A DNA stretch of 58,184 bases, filler included, from Stramenopiles sp. TOSAG23-2 (lineage: Eukaryota), in NCBI GenBank assembly GCA_900128395.1. It is 4 parts of 4 records of this genome, joined end to end, with 100 filler letters (N's around TTAATTAATTAA, not from the genome) between each part and the next. Parts side by side here need not be neighbours in the genome. Positions count along the whole stretch, not along the records: positions 43,756 to 58,184 come from LT649758.1; 3 more parts are not named here. One strand, written 5' to 3'. The position numbers and the translations under genes were made by a program. Position 1 is the first letter of the stretch. Each line of letters begins with the position of its first letter. This document shows positions 55,786 to 58,184 of the stretch, one piece after another. Below the pieces are notes generated by a model, which was not told the DNA's origin, did no database searches, and was given only the letters and a program-made list of their open reading frames with translations.

Positions 55786-56488
55786 GCTTCCAACTTAATT
55801 GTTTCACCTTTTTGTAAGAATGATGCACATGATTTTTCCAATGTTTTCAATTGTGCTTTTGATAATGCATCTGCAGATGTAACAACAGCAGCAACTTCCC
55901 CACGATGTGCATTCATAAGTTCGACAAATTTTTCGTTAATTTTACCAGTTTCAGCTAATCTTCCGTTTTCTGCAAGGGTGCCGAAAAATGCTTTGGTAGT
56001 AGCTGTAAATTTACCTTTGGCCAAGATAGCATCCATGTCTGCTTTTTTGTTAATGCGTGGGATGGTTGGGTTGGTCAAGAATGCTCTGAATGCATCGTTA
56101 CTGTCGATATGACCAACAAAGATTTTTAAATCAGCTTCTACTTTGTCCAAATGGCCTGCTGCACCAGCAGATTGGAAAAGTGCAGTTGCATATGTACCAT
56201 GTACACCAAATAATTGTTTTGGTACTTTAACTTCTTTCGCAGCAACAAATGAGCGAGTAGACTGCCGGTTATTGTTTGTATTGTATATTTTTTGTGTGTA
56301 TGTGTATTATATTTTGTTAGTATATGTATGTATATATAATATTATTCGTTATTTATGGCTCGTCTAACGATTCCATATGTATATTAAGATAGATATTAAT
56401 AAAACATGATGTTTATATATTATTTTTTTGTTTGGTTACTTACAATTTTATGCGTGTGTTGAATTGATCTTGCTACACGTGCAAACAT
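55668..56488 (-). CDS. ATP5PO: Mitochondrial ATP synthase OSCP subunit, two exons (56488-56444, 56261-55668)
   Basis: Exon 1 MFARVARSIQHTHKI (presequence-like), donor GTAAGT at 56443, acceptor CAG at 56262, phase-0 182-bp intron; exon 2 GVHGTYATALF, LAENGRL, VDPDILGGL, DLSISNKI; 212 aa. Confidence 0.9.
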
Positions 56489-56664
56489 GTTTATATTGTT
56501 CAATGATAAAATATATATATGTAGTATTGTGTTTAATAAATATAATATACGTTTGTATTGTGTTGAATTGATCTTGCTACACGTGCAAACATGTTTATAT
56601 TGTTCAATGATAAAATATATATATGTAGTATTGTGTTTAATAAATATAATATACGTTTGTATTG
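56457..56664. repeat. Exact 104-bp tandem duplication over the OSCP start
   Basis: 56457-56560 equals 56561-56664. Confidence 0.88.
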
Positions 56665-57246
56665 ATCTACTTCTTCTACATTTCGTTTTGTCAATCACAA
56701 CGTCCCTCCCCTTTCATTCATTTTTTACAATCTATATGTGTTATGTGGTTGGTACAAGATGTGTAAGGCTAGGGGGGAAATGTATTCGAAAAAAATAAAT
56801 TAGAATTTAAATATAACCGAATTAATACGATACAGGTAATAATAGATATTATATAATGTTATAAATAAATGTATGTTTGAAAAATATTATGGTATTATAT
56901 CCATTTTATCCATATTTTACTTTATAATTGGAATATATGGATTATAACACCAGGAAGAAGATCCAAAAGAATCATATTATATATTAAATCCCATTGTTAT
57001 ACGTGTTAAATATTTGAACAGCCAATAATTTTTATTTGTCCATTGTTATATGTGTTAAATTTATCAACAGTTTTATCCAACAAAGATGCTATAATTTAGC
57101 TAAATTCTCGATCTATACTGTACTCTGTACACGCATCTCGATTTTCCTCTATCAAATGACTAAGATAATTTATACTTTATATACATTTTGATACAGTGAA
57201 AAGTGGAAATTAGAATATCAGATTCCGCCACTATTATGTCCAGGAA

Positions 57247-57286
57247 ATCTCTTATTATGTCCAGGCGCCTGGACATAATAAGAGAT
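57247..57286. repeat. 40-bp perfect spacerless palindrome
   Basis: atctcttattatgtccaggc|gcctggacataataagagat. Confidence 0.92.
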
Positions 57287-58184
57287 ATTTTCCAGTTCTG
57301 CTAGCATGACACAGCGTTAGAGAACTCAGAAAACTCAGTTCTTGCTGTTATTATGTCCAGTTTGGGGGACATGATAATTATAATATTAGCACTGGTTCAC
57401 CTTATAAATACCGGATAGTTTTAATAGTGAATAATTGATAATTGATATGTATTTTAAGGATAGTTTATTATCACACGTATTATTTTTAGTAGAATAGCAA
57501 GTATAAAAGAAATCATTCATTGTACCAGCAGTTTCCATTATAGTATAGACACAGGCTGTGTTGTTCATTAAGCCTACACAGCATTAAAAATAGACTTATA
57601 TATCCCAAACAGCAGTTCCCTAACTGTACTTCGACCATCTGTTCAATGTACAGATATGTCTTCGTTTCAAATTTATTCATATAATTTTAATATTTTTTTT
57701 ATTGAGTGCCTGAAATTGGGCAGTCTTATTTGTATTATATAACGTTAGTACTCTCAAAAAGAATTAGTCCAAAATATACGTATTTTATTATTAATTTCAT
57801 CCAATTTTGTATAGCTATTTTTCACTAAAAATATCAGTATATAATGGTCTTTTTAGCAGGTATATGGTGTCAACGTTAGAAAATAGAAAAAGAGGTGTAA
57901 AATCGTTTATTTTTACATTATATAAATATTTCAAGGATGATTATATATCCATGTGTTATTTTAATAAGCCGTGAGTACTTATATTGCGTCAATATGTATT
58001 GAAATATACATATTTACCATCGTAAACATGGTATGACATGAGAAAATAGGGTAAAAAAACATGGTATTTTCATGGTTTTTGGAACATATTTACTATGTAA
58101 AAAATGGATAATGTGGAAAATAGATACATTTTTATGTTGACATCGATATAAATACGAGTAAAATATTGCATAGTTATCCTATGG

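Noticed and set aside
106..57568. Numerous short antisense or overlapping ORFs in the six-frame track
   Set aside because: Shadows of real genes or low-complexity AT-rich sequence with no recognisable motifs

Overview
AT-rich, gene-dense, almost intron-free eukaryotic nuclear DNA. The gene content (plant-type CUL1, ciliary CSTPP1 and BART proteins, a cAMP-receptor-like GPCR, a pectin-lyase/Cys-rich multi-pass receptor) fits a flagellated protist, probably a stramenopile; this assignment is inference. The window is not one locus. It is four ~14.5 kb scaffolds (1-14519, 14620-29102, 29203-43655, 43756-58184, decreasing in length) joined by artificial 100-bp N44-TTAATTAATTAA-N44 linkers. It also carries probable amplification/assembly artefacts: inverted chimeric contig starts and exact 104-124 bp tandem duplications. 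About 21 protein-coding genes are supported, only one with a visible intron (ATP synthase OSCP). The most interesting items are a PPIP5K/VIP1 inositol-pyrophosphate kinase carrying an N-terminal NCS-like EF-hand pair and lying head-to-head with a GPCR; an OSCA/TMEM63-like channel with an extracellular SUEL-type lectin insert; an HSPA13/STCH-like Hsp70; a Vps4-like ATPase lacking its pore-loop aromatic; a DUF3556-like membrane protein; a 312-bp-arm palindrome; a 40-bp perfect palindrome with iterated motifs; and recurrent candidate promoter motifs. No tRNA, rRNA, CRISPR array or transposase was recognised. All family assignments are from remembered motifs, not database searches.
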